A stretch of DNA of 64,000 nt from Tubulanus polymorphus (Eukaryota > Animalia > Nemertea): assembly GCF_964204645.1 (NCBI RefSeq), contig NC_134027.1, positions 27,304,560 through 27,368,559 of the forward strand. The letters are read 5' to 3'. Numbering within the stretch: the first letter of the stretch is position 1; every line of letters begins with the position of its first letter. A program made the position numbers and the translations under genes. Below, piece by piece: positions 1 to 13,300 of this stretch. The notes under the pieces were generated by a model. That model worked only from the letters and a program-made list of their open reading frames with translations, had not been told where the DNA came from and did no database searches.

Positions 1-1084
1 GAAATATTGAAATCCAGGAAGAAAGACACTAAATATTTGGATGGATATATGAAAGCTGTGGGTACTGGAGTGTTTAATGGGTAGTGTAGTGTGATCTGTG
101 TGCATTTGTGGCCAGCACACAGATCACATTGTTCATTGGGGTTTAGTCCAGGACTCGCGAGATTATCAACAACACGGAAGTAACGTGTAATAAATGATGA
201 CTTGAATTGCATGACTACCTACCACCCCTCATTATTGTTGGAAAACTAAACGTTCCGCACTGACTCAAAACATAGAACTATTCCGTTATAGTTCTATGCT
301 CAAAATTAGTAATAACATTTTAGAAATGGCCAGAATTTTAACTTAGGTTCTATCTCATTTTTATTTTACAATTGCGATTGGTATAATTTTTTTTAAACGG
401 CCGTTAAGGCTTCATGTTTCGTCTGCAATTCACTGCAAATAGTTACGCAACTACGCACATTTCAGTGTTTTTGGCAGCTGTACACTCAATCGGCACCGTT
501 CGTGACTAGCTTCACTGCGGAATTATCATTAATTAACATCGCCATATCACATCATCAACTTATATTGTGCCTTAAAACCCTAACAGCCGAAATAATTGAA
601 ATGCACACACGATTTCTATCATTGAAAATTGAGAGAGTGGCCATGTTTGTGTTCTGCTGCTTCGCGTAAATCCCACGCGGTGGCGCCACCGCGCGGAGTG
701 AAGCCGATACGTCGAGTTGAATAAAATTTCTTTTTATAAAGACTCATCATCAATTTATTTGATTTAATGAATCAATTTGATACCGCGTTAAATTCAAAGA
801 TCGATCAGGACAAATCAAATTTGACTCGGCCACGATACGATTTTAGATAAAAGTAATTCTGATTTTGGCAGGATAAATTCGCCTCTACTATTTTCATATA
901 CAAATCTATTCTATTGGAGGCAGTGAATAAAAACTATTTCAGAAAGTTTCTTGCATGACAATTTCCTGCACAGTGTAGATGGGTGTTACCCTGTAGATAG
1001 ATGATTACAGACTAGCATTATTGTACCATTGAAGAGAGTTGAACGCGGTCTGAAGTATATCTTGTTATTTCACTGGGAGCTGAT

Positions 1085-1090
1085 TGCTAC

Positions 1091-1143
<53 letters not shown>
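1085..1143 (+). repeat. (CTG)n trinucleotide microsatellite with CTA interruptions, just upstream of the GPCR ATG
   Basis: Directly visible; ends about 7 nt before the ATG at 1151. Confidence 0.95.
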
Positions 1144-1150
1144 ATGAAAT

Positions 1151-2257
1151 ATGAATTTTACATCTCAACTCACATCCACCACCACGACTGAGTCTCTACG
1201 ATGTGTTTATCCGCCAGAACGATGGGACCTTATGTTAAGCGTTGACCTTTACGAATACGGATATTCAACAGCTTCAATTCTAGGAATGATGCTAAACTGT
1301 GTTTCTATTGTTATATTCAGAAGGATCGGTCGCTCCACTTATCGAACTATTATAATTCTTGCCTGGTTTGATTTACTGTTTCTTGTTTCAGTGTTTCTTC
1401 TCTATCCGTTTCGTATAATTGTAATCGATATCAGCAGAACCACTGACCTTAGACCGCTCGGGCGTTACGATGATTGGTATTTTGGACACGAAATTATAAT
1501 ATGGGCGCTACCATTATTCTATACATTCCAAACTGCCAGAAATTGGGCCGTTGTGATTGTAAATTTTGAAAGACTTCTGGTTGTCGCGAGTCCGCTGTAT
1601 TTCAGACGATTCTGGAACAAAAAACAAATTATTTTTCTTTCCTTTTTTAACGTCTTTTGTTCTGCAGTTTCTTACTGGCCATATTATTTTCCACTCCGTT
1701 TACCCGGAAGGGCCACACATCCTTGTGTTCGGGGATTTTTCACAATGGGAGCTTTTGGAGCCACAACAACAAGAACTCCGTTTGATTATAATTACGATTA
1801 CGCGTACAACTTCACTTTTATAAGCTACATGTTCATGACTGTAATTGTTCCTTTTAGTGTCTTGATAGCATTAAATCTGACTTTGTTTGGAGTCATGATA
1901 TTAAGAAAACGAAATCAAAAGAAACAATTTCACACGGACACAGCGGCGACCAGTGAGAAAACTCAAAATACATCCGCTGAATTGAAAATATTAAGAATGG
2001 TTCTCATGATTGTATTGATGTATTTTATATTTGAAATACCGGCATCTTTAGATCGTGTGTTACATTTCTTCCATGCGTGGTTTGGAATACGTAGTGGTTT
2101 ATCTTACGATGAACATTTAGTCTTGCGCAAAATAGGAATTCTGCTCAGTGTTTTTGACTCATCCGCAAATTTCTTTGTTTATTGCGCAACGAATGAAACA
2201 TTTAGAAAAAAAGCTAAACACGTTTTACTGATCAATTATTTGTGTGATTCACAGTAA
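1151..2257 (+). CDS. Intronless class A (rhodopsin-like) GPCR, FMRFamide-receptor-like / srw-type orphan receptor, 368 aa
   Basis: Single ORF with 7 hydrophobic segments. TM1 GMMLN, TM2 LAWFD, TM3 end FERL (DRY position), TM5 VPF, TM6 FEIP, TM7 DSSANFFVY, helix 8 FRK. The NFxxY form of TM7 is typical of invertebrate FMRFaR-like receptors. AATAAA at about 2283. Confidence 0.9.
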   Translation: MNFTSQLTSTTTTESLRCVYPPERWDLMLSVDLYEYGYSTASILGMMLNCVSIVIFRRIGRSTYRTIIILAWFDLLFLVSVFLLYPFRIIVIDISRTTDLRPLGRYDDWYFGHEIIIWALPLFYTFQTARNWAVVIVNFERLLVVASPLYFRRFWNKKQIIFLSFFNVFCSAVSYWPYYFPLRLPGRATHPCVRGFFTMGAFGATTTRTPFDYNYDYAYNFTFISYMFMTVIVPFSVLIALNLTLFGVMILRKRNQKKQFHTDTAATSEKTQNTSAELKILRMVLMIVLMYFIFEIPASLDRVLHFFHAWFGIRSGLSYDEHLVLRKIGILLSVFDSSANFFVYCATNETFRKKAKHVLLINYLCDSQ

Positions 2258-2492
2258 AACTATAATTTGTCGGGAAAATGGAAATAAATCAACGCGTTCT
2301 TGGAATCTCGCTGTGACGACCTTAGAACTCATCAATATCCATTCTTACAATAGAATTACGATGGAATTCCGCAGCCAAATCCTCATGTTGACAGTTGAAT
2401 CTCACTGGAAATAGAAACTATTAAATAGTTACAGCTAATGACATTAATTACCGATTTTTTTCCTGAAAACGACGTATATTTTTAAAAACTAT

Positions 2493-2650
2493 ACAGTTCT
2501 GTATCCTGTTCCACGTGACCCAGTACCACAGTTCTGTATCCTGTTCCACATGACCCACTACCACAGTTCTGTATCCTGTTCCACATGACCCAGTACCACA
2601 GTTCTGTATCCTGTTCCACATGACCCAGTACCACGGTTCTGGATCCAGTT
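2493..2650. repeat. 34-bp minisatellite (~4.5 copies), related to the dispersed ACTGTGGAACTGGATCC family
   Basis: Unit ccacagttctgtatcctgttccacatgacccagt; its reverse complement matches the 21-bp array at 17040-17225. Confidence 0.9.
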
Positions 2651-3954
2651 TTAGCTTAGAATTTCAGTTACAACATTTGAAATGAGTGTTTTTTTAACTC
2701 TTTTAGTCATGAATCCTGATTACAATGGTTTAAATGTTTTTCTTTGACAATGGTTTCAATATCACCAGCACCAACAGAAAATCCAGCATCGCGAATAACG
2801 AACAACAAATGTAAATCACAAATCGTTTTTTATTTTAATATCGTAAAAATTTACATGCTTTCAGAAAATTGTAAAGAATTCTGAAATGGTTGTTATTTTA
2901 TTGATTATTTATTGTTTGTCAAGTGAAATAACACAAATAAAACTGATAATTTAATGAGAACGATAGACTTTATCGGAGTTCTTTATATTATTCGTGAATA
3001 TGAACTAAAATGTCGATTTGGAAGAGACTATAGCTGGCTGGTGTTTACCTACAGCTGGAGGCAAGATTTACTGGGGTTGTGTCATGGTTAATTACAACAG
3101 GAGTTCACACAGACTAAACCACTCTTATTCATACTAAAAACATGTTGAAAATATAATATACAAGTATTTCATATATACACAAATACATAGTCCATTTGAT
3201 TGTCAAACAAATAAAGGGTTAGAGATGAGGGAGAGGGGAACGCTACATAATAAATCTCTTAAACTACCTGACTATTGATCTCAATTCTCGTTTAGACCAA
3301 TAGAGGGCGTAGTAAACTATAATACACGAGGAGAGGGGTGTAGGGAGAGTGATGAGTATTAAACTACTGCATTTTACAATGACAAAAACTATCCAACCAC
3401 ATGACATTAGTATAATTCATGTTTGAACCAAAAGATGGCGTAGTAAACTGAGTTGAAGAGATCTTTGATGTACGGTATTGCGATTGATTCGTGCTGCCAT
3501 GGTTCTACCCTGTGATGGTTCAAACTTCGGATGGTTCTGCTATTTTACCCTGCGGAGGGTTCTTCACGATACAGTCTTTACAACATTTAACTAAGCTCAA
3601 ACAGTAAGAATGATTGATAAACCCCGACCTCCCTTTAAGCTCATCGTATTTAGGCCTAAATCAAATAATTCATCATTTATTCCCAAACTGTGAGAGCAGT
3701 TCGTGTAAAATATACACATCACTCAAGAAGAACCAAATCTATTGTGAACCATGTTTTTAAAAAGTACCGCAGCAAAAGTGACATAAATTATCAACATCGT
3801 CGAATTAATCACATTATACAAAGTCAAGGTCATGGTCACATATATAATACAAAATATACAGTTACCGGTAATAATTAACGAGGGATTTTTAATTACTGTT
3901 TATTGAAATTTACAATCAAATAAATACACAATGCAAGCAGCGTAGATACATACA

Positions 3955-4079
<125 letters not shown>

Positions 4080-4565
4080 CTCTATATATACAGTTATAGT
4101 AATATCATTATTTGATCTATACACAATAGACTAGACTATAGCAAAATATAACTGATAGTAGAATATATCATTTTAAAGCGGAGTGGACCATCCATTCATA
4201 ATAAGGTGCGATAGCGAAAAATGGTAATTCTTTATGAACTCGGATAAGTCGTCATCTGATAAGTCCTTGTCTGATAAGTCGTATTACTGAAATATTTGCA
4301 ATTCAAATAACTAAGTGTAGTAAGTCATCATTTGGATAAATCATTAACACAATGATCGCCACAACTACAACGACTTTGGCCCGAGTTTCAATGAATAAAT
4401 TAAATGTTTTAAGGCGCCCCCTGTATAGAGTTAATGAATTTGGGCGCCCCCTGTATTGAGTTAATGAATCAACTTGGGCACACCCGTCCACTGTTTTGCA
4501 CAAAAATGATATTTTCATATTCAAATTATACTAGATTAACAAATATAACAGTAAATTCCTACATG

Positions 4566-4979
4566 AACTGCAGTGCATCATAGCGCATGGCAGTGCATCA
4601 TAGTGCATGGCAGTGCAGCACAGCGCATGGCAGTGCAGCACAGCGCATGGCAGTGCAATGCAGTGCAGCATAGCGCATGGCAGTGCAATGCAATGCATCA
4701 TAGTGCATGGCAGTGCAATGCAGTGCATCATAGCGCATGGCAATGCAGTGCAATGCATCATAGTGCGTGGCAGTGCAGCATAGCGCATGGCAGTGCAATG
4801 CAATGCATCATAGTGCATGGCAGTGCAATGCAGTACATCATAGCGCATGGCAATGCAGTGCAATGCATCATAGTGCGTGGCAGTGCAGCATAGCGCATGG
4901 CAGTGCAATGCAATGCATCATAGTGCATGGCAATGCAATGCAGTGCAGCATAGCGCATGGCAGTGCAATGCAGTGCAGC
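4566..4979. repeat. TGCAN-based (5-bp subunit) satellite
   Basis: Iterated tgcag/tgcaa/tgcat/cgcat/ggcag blocks; source of several spurious ORFs. Confidence 0.95.
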
Positions 4980-5467
4980 TTTAGTATGAGAATAAAAACT
5001 ACAAATGTACACATTACAAACTGAAGAATTAAATACCCTGAATTATTCCAAATTACCGGTTAATTTTCAGACTTATCTAAACACTTTTTTGAGTTTCAAG
5101 TAGTTGAGTAGTAACAGTGGAAACAGGATGAGGTAAATGAATCAGACCGATAAGTAGACTATACCGAGAGATGTCTCAGTGATTTAACCCTCTCTAGTGA
5201 AGCAGTTTTTACTGTAATAGGTTTTTAAATGCTTTCAATTGTGACTATTAGACTAGAAACTGGATCCGTGCTTAAATCCAAAAATTGATTTAAATGTAAA
5301 TATCATCAGAATCATAACCGGTATAATGAAGGCCTACTAGACCGAAACGTAACTGCACCAAATTTCTACTCATCTGATGCAGTAGATCAACATTACAAAC
5401 ATTGGGACCCATTTCCACAATTCTGAGTAAGATTTGATACTAAAGTTCATTTCCAATTTTAGACTCT

Positions 5468-5695
5468 TAACCCATTCAGGCGTCAATACCACAGTGCGAT
5501 GTATAAGTCGATGATGGACTTTGCTTGATGCAAAATTAGTTTTTATTTTTATTGAAAGATGGCAGCACCTGTCAAGTGTTGCGATATAAGCGGTGTAGAC
5601 GCACTGTAATGGAACGCCTCTTATAAAAGACACTAGGATGGAATTTTTCAAAATTTTCGAATTATCTCCAGCACTTTAAGAATTAGTGAGCGCCG
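5468..5695. mobile_element. MITE copy (piggyBac-like family), inverted relative to the copy at 13536-13814
   Basis: Starts TTAACCC. The segment agacactaggatggaatttttcaaaattttcgaattatctccagcact matches the reverse complement of about 13568-13615. Shares ttgaaagatggcagcac and gcggtgtagacgcact. Confidence 0.65.
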
Positions 5696-6289
5696 AGTCA
5701 AATCTTAGCAGAGAACTGTGGAACTGGATGTTGTAATAATGCATTAGCTGCGATATCTACGATTTTTTATCCCTGGTCAGAGAATGTAATAATGTATCTT
5801 ATAACGATTAAAGCGATAAAAAGCAAAAAAAAATTTGGCAGGAGATTAAAATAAAAACATAAGAATAAATGTAATGAAATACCCTGTTTGTCATCTATAT
5901 TTGTATGGTACAATGTGAGATCAGTAACTATTGACTAATTTTGGCAGTTATTTAGAACTAGACTTGAAACTGTATAGATAAAAACTGCTTGAATAATAAG
6001 TTTTATTTTTACTCACGTATTGAGAAAGATTGCTCGTTCTAGGACTGGATCAATAATTCACTGTTTCTACCCTGTTTTTCAATGACGTTTTATTAAAAAT
6101 AGACTATATTTGATCACGATAAAAACGTAAAGCGCGGCAATGAACAGACACAAAACTGTAGTTTCAATCAAATCTTACAATGAAAGAAATCTAATATCGT
6201 TGTAATTATTTGCCCTTAATTAATTCCTAAATAAACGGGTCCAGGAAGAGCAACACAGAAAGCAGCACAGCACACACAATGTTGACACT

Positions 6290-6735
6290 ACACTTCAGGT
6301 GACAACACACTGTAGGTTGATGGTGTACTGCAGGTCAGCCAGTGTACTACAGGTCGATCAGTGTACTACAGGTCGACAACACACTGTAGGTTGATGGTGT
6401 ACTGCAGGTCAGCCAGTGTACTACAGGTCGACCAGTGTACTACAGGTCGACCAGTGTACTACAGGTCAACCAGTGTACTACAGGTCAACCAGTGTACTAC
6501 AGGTCGACAGTGTACTAAAGGTCAACCAGTGTACTACAGGTCAACCAGTGTACTACAGGTCAACCAGTGTACTACAGGTCGACAGTGTACTACAGGCCGC
6601 CAGTGTACAGCAGGTCAACCAGTGGACTGCAGGTCAACCAGTGTACTACAGGTCGACAGTGTACTACAGGCCGCCAGTGTACAGCAGGTCAACCAGTGGA
6701 CTGCAGGTCAACCAGTGTACTATAGGTCGACAGTG
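6290..6735. repeat. ~19-bp minisatellite (caggtcaaccagtgtacta)
   Basis: More than 20 degenerate copies. Confidence 0.95.
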
Positions 6736-7114
6736 CACACAAACATCACAATATTACACAGTAACTTTGTTATATTATAAATACATTTAGGATAAAGAGT
6801 TAAATTTCTGTACAAAATCACTTCATTTGTTAATAATAAATTACACAAATTATACAGTTTCAAAATAAAATCTCTGAGTTTGAATGGTTTAATGCAGGCT
6901 GTATAGAATATAACATATAACAATATGTCACATCATTGTTTGTGAAGACAGATTATTGAGCTACGATGAGAATTCTTACTCTGATTAATCTGACATGAAA
7001 TATAATAAAACAACCTGCAGAAAACTGACTTTTAATAATAGAAAATGCAAACATCGATAAACATCAAGTTTTATTGATCTTTTTTATCTCAATTCTGAAG
7101 ATTGAGACAGTTGA

Positions 7115-7241
7115 GGAGAGAGAGAGACAAGAGAGAGGAGAGAGGAAAGACAGTGAGAGGAGAGACAGAGGGAAGAGGAGGAACCGAGAAAGGGAGATTA
7201 AGAGGAGAGAAAGACAGAGAGGGAGAAGAGGAAAGACAGTG

Positions 7242-7312
<71 letters not shown>
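7115..7312. repeat. GA-rich / (GA)n tract at the start of the CUB-LDLa 3'UTR
   Basis: Perfect (GA)n at about 7245-7312, 8 nt from the stop codon. Confidence 0.95.
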
Positions 7313-7315
<3 letters not shown>

Positions 7316-7320
7316 TGATT

Positions 7321-10300
7321 TTATACATGAACTGGAAATGTAACTTTCTCCTGGTTTGAATTGTAAGTCACACTGTTATTTGATCGGTTTGATTTCGCTG
7401 ACCTGCTGCTTGTAGGTGTGTACGATCGATGATAACTAGGTGGCGCCTGTGATGATGAATACTGACTACATGACGCCGCATATGTTTCTCGTTGTTGCAG
7501 ATAGGGGGAGTAAGTAGTACTGGGTGTATTCGGATAGACAGGCTGCATCGGATGGTATCCTTGATGAGTGTACATCGGTCCAAATACATGTTCTACAAAT
7601 AATAAAATAAATCTTATCTATTGAACTGTTTCCCCCATTAACCCATTCAATACATGTACCCCCACGGTGCGGTGTATAATCCACTCATTCCGTGCTGTGC
7701 CTACCTCGCAGTGCCGAGTATCCATGTATTTAGGAATTACTGGCAGTTAAAATCTCTATTGAAAGATGGCAGCACATTTAGCTATAGCTGTATGCCAATA
7801 ATACACCGCACTGTGGGGTAGACACGCTATAGCAGTATGCCTGTTATACACCGCACTGCGGGGTAGACACGCTAAAGCAGTATGCCTGTTATACACCGCA
7901 CTGCGGGGTAGACACGCTATAGCCGTTTGCCTGTTATACACCGCACTGCGGGGTGGATAAGTAACTGCATTAATAAACCATACATAAACATCAGAACATG
8001 CTCCATGACTTACTGAACAAACACCTAGAAAACAATGAGGGTTGATTTATAAAGTGCATCGCATCCATGAGGAGCGGTGGGTCAAAAATTGGCCACTTCT
8101 CCTTACAAACATTACGCTTGAAGACAGGTTTGAAATCAAATCAGTTTTTAGCGTAGGTGCTTCATGACTGACCCTAGCATTGCAATAAAGTCAACCACTC
8201 TTGATTATCCACCAGAATTGAGACCAATGAGGAGAGAATAGTGGATAACTGAACATAGTTTTTATCGCATCGGGAATTTCTAATTTTGTCAAGAGAGAGG
8301 AGTTGGGACGCCAGATAATCGAGAGTTGAGACTATTTTACAATCTTCATCTCTCATTGAGCTGAAATATGAAATTACTGTAAATAATTCGGGATAATATA
8401 GAATAAAATACATTTTAAACAATTACAATTTATTCAACACATAGAAGAAATAATGAACTCGATGATATTCAAATGTAAAACAATCTTACAATGTTTATTT
8501 TTACGATAACGAACAGTTTTCAATTAGTAACAAAAACCGGGAAAAAAAAGGGTGAAGAGAATAAAACTGAAGTGCGTTGAATTAGACTAAAAAACGGATG
8601 GGAAGAATATTTCAGTCCGACACAGGATTTCAAAAACGGGATAAAAAAATATCTGAAAGAAGACATCTCAATAGACGGAGGTGTCGGCCGCGGAATGAAG
8701 CACATCTCAAGGGTTCAATACAAAACACATTCAATAGAAATTCTCACATCATCTCAGAAATCAAGGTGGATCCAAGGGTGGATACAGAGGTGGATGCGTG
8801 GAGTGGATCAAAACAATCGCTGATGAAGTACTAGGGGGGTCGATATCCCTTCCCTACAGACAATATGATATTCATAGCAGATAATGGAATCTGGTTGCCT
8901 GGATCAGCGCATATAAAACATTGATTTCAAATTGAGAAGTCAGTTGCTCAAACGGTGAACCATGTGATTAATAACCACGGTGATAATGAAATTCACTGGT
9001 TCACTCTATTGAGCAACTGCAGATCGTTTGAATTTCTCTGAATTGTGCGGAGTTTCGTGAAATAGTTCGGATGAAGAACTATTTAAAACATACCTCGAAA
9101 GTGTTGAGAGTAATAGGAATTGGTAACAACTGCAAACATATAGAGAACAGTGTCTATTATTCCCTATAGGTGGCGTCTCTATAGAGGGAATCCCGGACAG
9201 AGAGAGAGGTTTTGGAGGAATATCTTTATATCGCCAAGAACATTTTGAAAATATTGGAGACCTTTTATGAAGCGGTCTCTTCTCTGAACTAAATTCATTT
9301 ATCATTTCTACTGAATACAGTGTTTTAGAAAGCGAGGTCCGAGACACCCTCATCCCCCTCATCCCCCCAAAACTCCTTTTCATAGGAAGGCCTATTGCGT
9401 GCTCAGATTTTAGTTGTATCCAATGACTTCCTGCACTTATCATTAAACTAATGACTTACCTTGTTGCTTAGGATAAGCGTTACCGTTAGTAACGGGTAAT
9501 GTAGGTGGCGTATTAGTCGGTGCGTTGACGTCCGGAGGTCGTCGGGTGCATCTACAACAGCAGCAGATAATAGTAGCAACAAACACAACGAATACAACAA
9601 TACTACCGACTGAGATAGCGATTGTTGCCGTGAATCCTAGCGACATAAACTTCGACAGGATGTTCGTATCTGAAAAATATGCAAAAAATACAATCGTTTT
9701 TTTATTTGAAGAACTTTGAAGTAAGTTTTAAATTCTTAAACGACGGCTGGGATTTATCAGCTTCACTAAAGTTTTTAAAAAATGTTCCTAATTTCCAAGG
9801 GATGTTGTTACATGCACTAAATAGAATTCCCAGTTTACATGAGAAAGATGGCATCAGATACCGGCGACATCTAGTGATCATAATTCAAACTATAAATATT
9901 CAATTGATCTCGAATAACATTTTAATCATTTTATTATAATAAAACACTCGCATATAGAGGGAGACACTAGTTCGTCACGGGTGCAGTTTATATTCGATGA
10001 ATTATAGTGCGTTTCGATGGAATGTATTTTTCCATCGATAATAAACCTTGATAAACTAGAAACATACAACAAAGGCCTGAAGGCAAAGAAACCCGCAGGC
10101 GATTCAGACAAAGACTGCAACAACCCCTGAGAGCGAGGTTAAAAAGAAACAATTTAAGCACACGTGTTTTATAACGCGAATAGCATCTTCAAATTGTGAG
10201 GTGTTTAAGAAACTTGAGAACACATTTCTATCGGAGGTGGTGAATCCATCATTGAATTGGACGACGAGTAACAATACAAGACTAAGAGAAAAACTGAACA

Positions 10301-13300
10301 AAGAGATCTTCAGTTTATCCCTGTCTCGCTCGGTCTATCCACTCCACTTCTATTCCTGATCAACCACGATCTATTCCTGTTCTACGGGTACTATGATCTA
10401 CAATGATCTATCCCTGTTCTACGGGTGCCATGATCTATAATGATCTATCCCTGTTCTACGGGTGCCATGATCTATAATGATCTATCCCTGTTCTACGGGT
10501 ACCATGATCTATAATGATCTATCCCTGTTCTACGGGTACTATGATCTATAATGATCTATCCCTGTTCTACGGGTACTATGATCTATAATGATCTATCCCT
10601 GTTCTATCCATGATCTACAATGATCTATCCCTGTTCTACGGGTACCGTGATCTATAATGATCTATCCCTGTTCTATCCATGATCTACAATGAACTATCCC
10701 TGTTCCACGGGTACCATGATCTATAATGATCTATCCATGTTCTATGGGTACCATGATCTACAATGATCTATCCTAGTCTGCAGGTGCCATGATCTACAAC
10801 GATCTACCCCTGATCTATGTGTACCATGATCTACAATGATCTATCACTATGCTATGGGTACGATGATCTACCACGATCTATCCCTGTTTTATGGGTATCG
10901 TAATCTACCATGATCTACAATGTTCTATCCATGTTTTTACGAGTGCTAATGATCTACCACAGTCTACCAAGAACTAGGTCAATGTTAGAAATGTGAGTAC
11001 TGATCAATGAATTCAGTCAATATGAATACGAGATCGTGCGATTTAAGTTAAATAATCGTTCGTATTTTAAGTTGTTTATTTCAATGTATGAAAACTACAT
11101 CAAGCAAAAATAAATCAAAAACCGCTTGAAGGAAATTGTGTGTATTTTACTGAATTTTATCAAGTTGATGATGCAATAAAAAGAGTATGTGTTTGTGTGA
11201 GATCAATATTTGAGCTTCAGGCATCCATCAGTATGTAACACATACAATACACATTAACTATATTCACTTTATTGAATAGAACATTTTTAAAATTGATCGA
11301 GGCTGGACATAAGATAGGGACAGATAGAGGATGGTCAGTCAATTGATCAGTCAGTCAACAGGTCCGTCGATCAGTTAGCTGGTCAGTCAGTTGATCAGTT
11401 AGCTGGTCAGTCAGTCGATCAGTCAGCTGGTTCGTCAGTTGATCAGTTAGCTGGTCAATCAGCTGGTTCGTCAGTCAATCAGTCAGCTGGTCAGTCAGCT
11501 GGTTCGTCAGTCGACCAGTTAGCTGGACAGTCAGTTGGTGTAGACTGGTCTGAAATCTACACGTTGACTATTTGCGATCACTTTAAACTGAACTTAACCT
11601 CGTTTCTACTGCACTACAGAAATCAATCCTTCAAAACATTCAATTCCTTGCACAAGTTGAAACGTCAGGAATTAGGATCTATAAGAACTGTACACGGCGA
11701 CGACGAGATGAACTCAGTAAAAACTGCCGATGTCTGTGTCTGTATCGATAGTTTATTGACTGTATTTTCATGAGTCAACGCACACTAGAGATTGAACAGC
11801 TCAACAGTTTTAAACCACCACTGACGAGAGATCGACATTCACATTCAACCCAGTACTCATACCATTAATCCTAATCAAATTGCTTATTTCATTTTTACGC
11901 TCGGATAACGACGAGGAACCGCTCGTAATCTCCCTCCCTCCTCCCTCACTCCCTCCCTCAATTATTCCCACAGAAGATTATCTCATAATTAACGAAACAT
12001 TGAACAGTTGTTATAGGGTCAGATCTACGCAGCAGCAGCAGCAGCAGCAGCAGTAGTCTGAGTGAGTGTCATATGCTGAGACACTGTATTCAACCTCACT
12101 TTACCCACCACTAATCAATGTCACTAGATTAGAACATTCATTTTTCAATAAATCTGTCAAAATAATTGGTAATAAAATCCTCGTAAATACACAATGTGTT
12201 TAATCAAAGAGAATCATCTCATTACTCAACACAAACACACCCCGATATATCTGATGGTGCGGGGGGGGGGGGATATATCTGATAGGTGCGGGGGGGATAT
12301 ATCTGATAGGTGCGGGGGGGATATATCTGATAGATGTGGGGGATATATCAATATGTGTCACTCTACAAATGCGAAATAGTTGAGTTAATAAAATTCTTAA
12401 TCTAAAACTCCATTCTAAGGCAAGGCCAGTGACATTGATCTGAGTTTGAAAGGCCAGAAACTATAATCTGGCAGTGAAACCAAATCATAATTCATGATTT
12501 AGTAATTTTGCTCTGAGATTCAGTTACAAATTGATACGTATAAAATTACGTTCTCACAAAAGAATTCTACATCATTTCGCTACAAGTATCTGTCGTGTAA
12601 TTGACTACCGATCTCTACTTCTAGTCACTACTAGTCACTACTAGTCGCTATTGGGATTTTTGTCCGCTCTCAATTAGCACCAGTAAGATTCCTGCTTTCC
12701 ATGGCAACAGTTTTAATGTACGAGGGTTGCAACAGTTACTGAACAGAGAATAATGTGACAACCACGACTGAAACACGCGATCAGCGCATTCAAATAACGG
12801 CCATTAATAAAATCATCTATTGCTTTACATAAAAATTCTTTAAATTTCAGGAATATCTGTTCCTCAAAATTAACTTGAACCTGAGATGACCAAACAGCCA
12901 ACTGGGATCGTGGGCGAAATTCCAATCAGCCAACAGTTAGCACGCTTGCTATCTACGTACGAGACCGTGGCTCAATCCCCGCGCCCCATCAGTCCGGGGC
13001 TCGATCCCAGCGCCCCGTCAGTCCGGGGCTCGATCCCAGCGCCCCGTCAGTCCGGGGCTCGATCCCCGCGCCCCGTCAGTCCGGGGCTCGATCCCCGCGC
13101 CCCGTCAGTCCGGGGCTCGATCCCCGCACCCCGTCAGTCCGGGGCTCGATCCCCGCGCCCCGTCCTCGATCCCCGCGCCCCGTCAGTCCGGGGCTCGATC
13201 CCCGCGCCCCGTCAGTGCACGTTTAATATAACTAATCACACACTTGAATTACTGCGTTAATGATTAAATGAGAATTAACAAAACTAAAAATAACAAAATT

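Noticed and set aside
4531-5024. Cys/His-rich metallothionein-like ORFs
   Set aside because: Translations of the TGCAN satellite.
6361-6790. Repetitive ORFs; CRISPR-like appearance
   Set aside because: Contiguous 19-bp tandem repeat with no unique spacers, no cas genes, and a eukaryotic context. The same applies to all arrays in the window.
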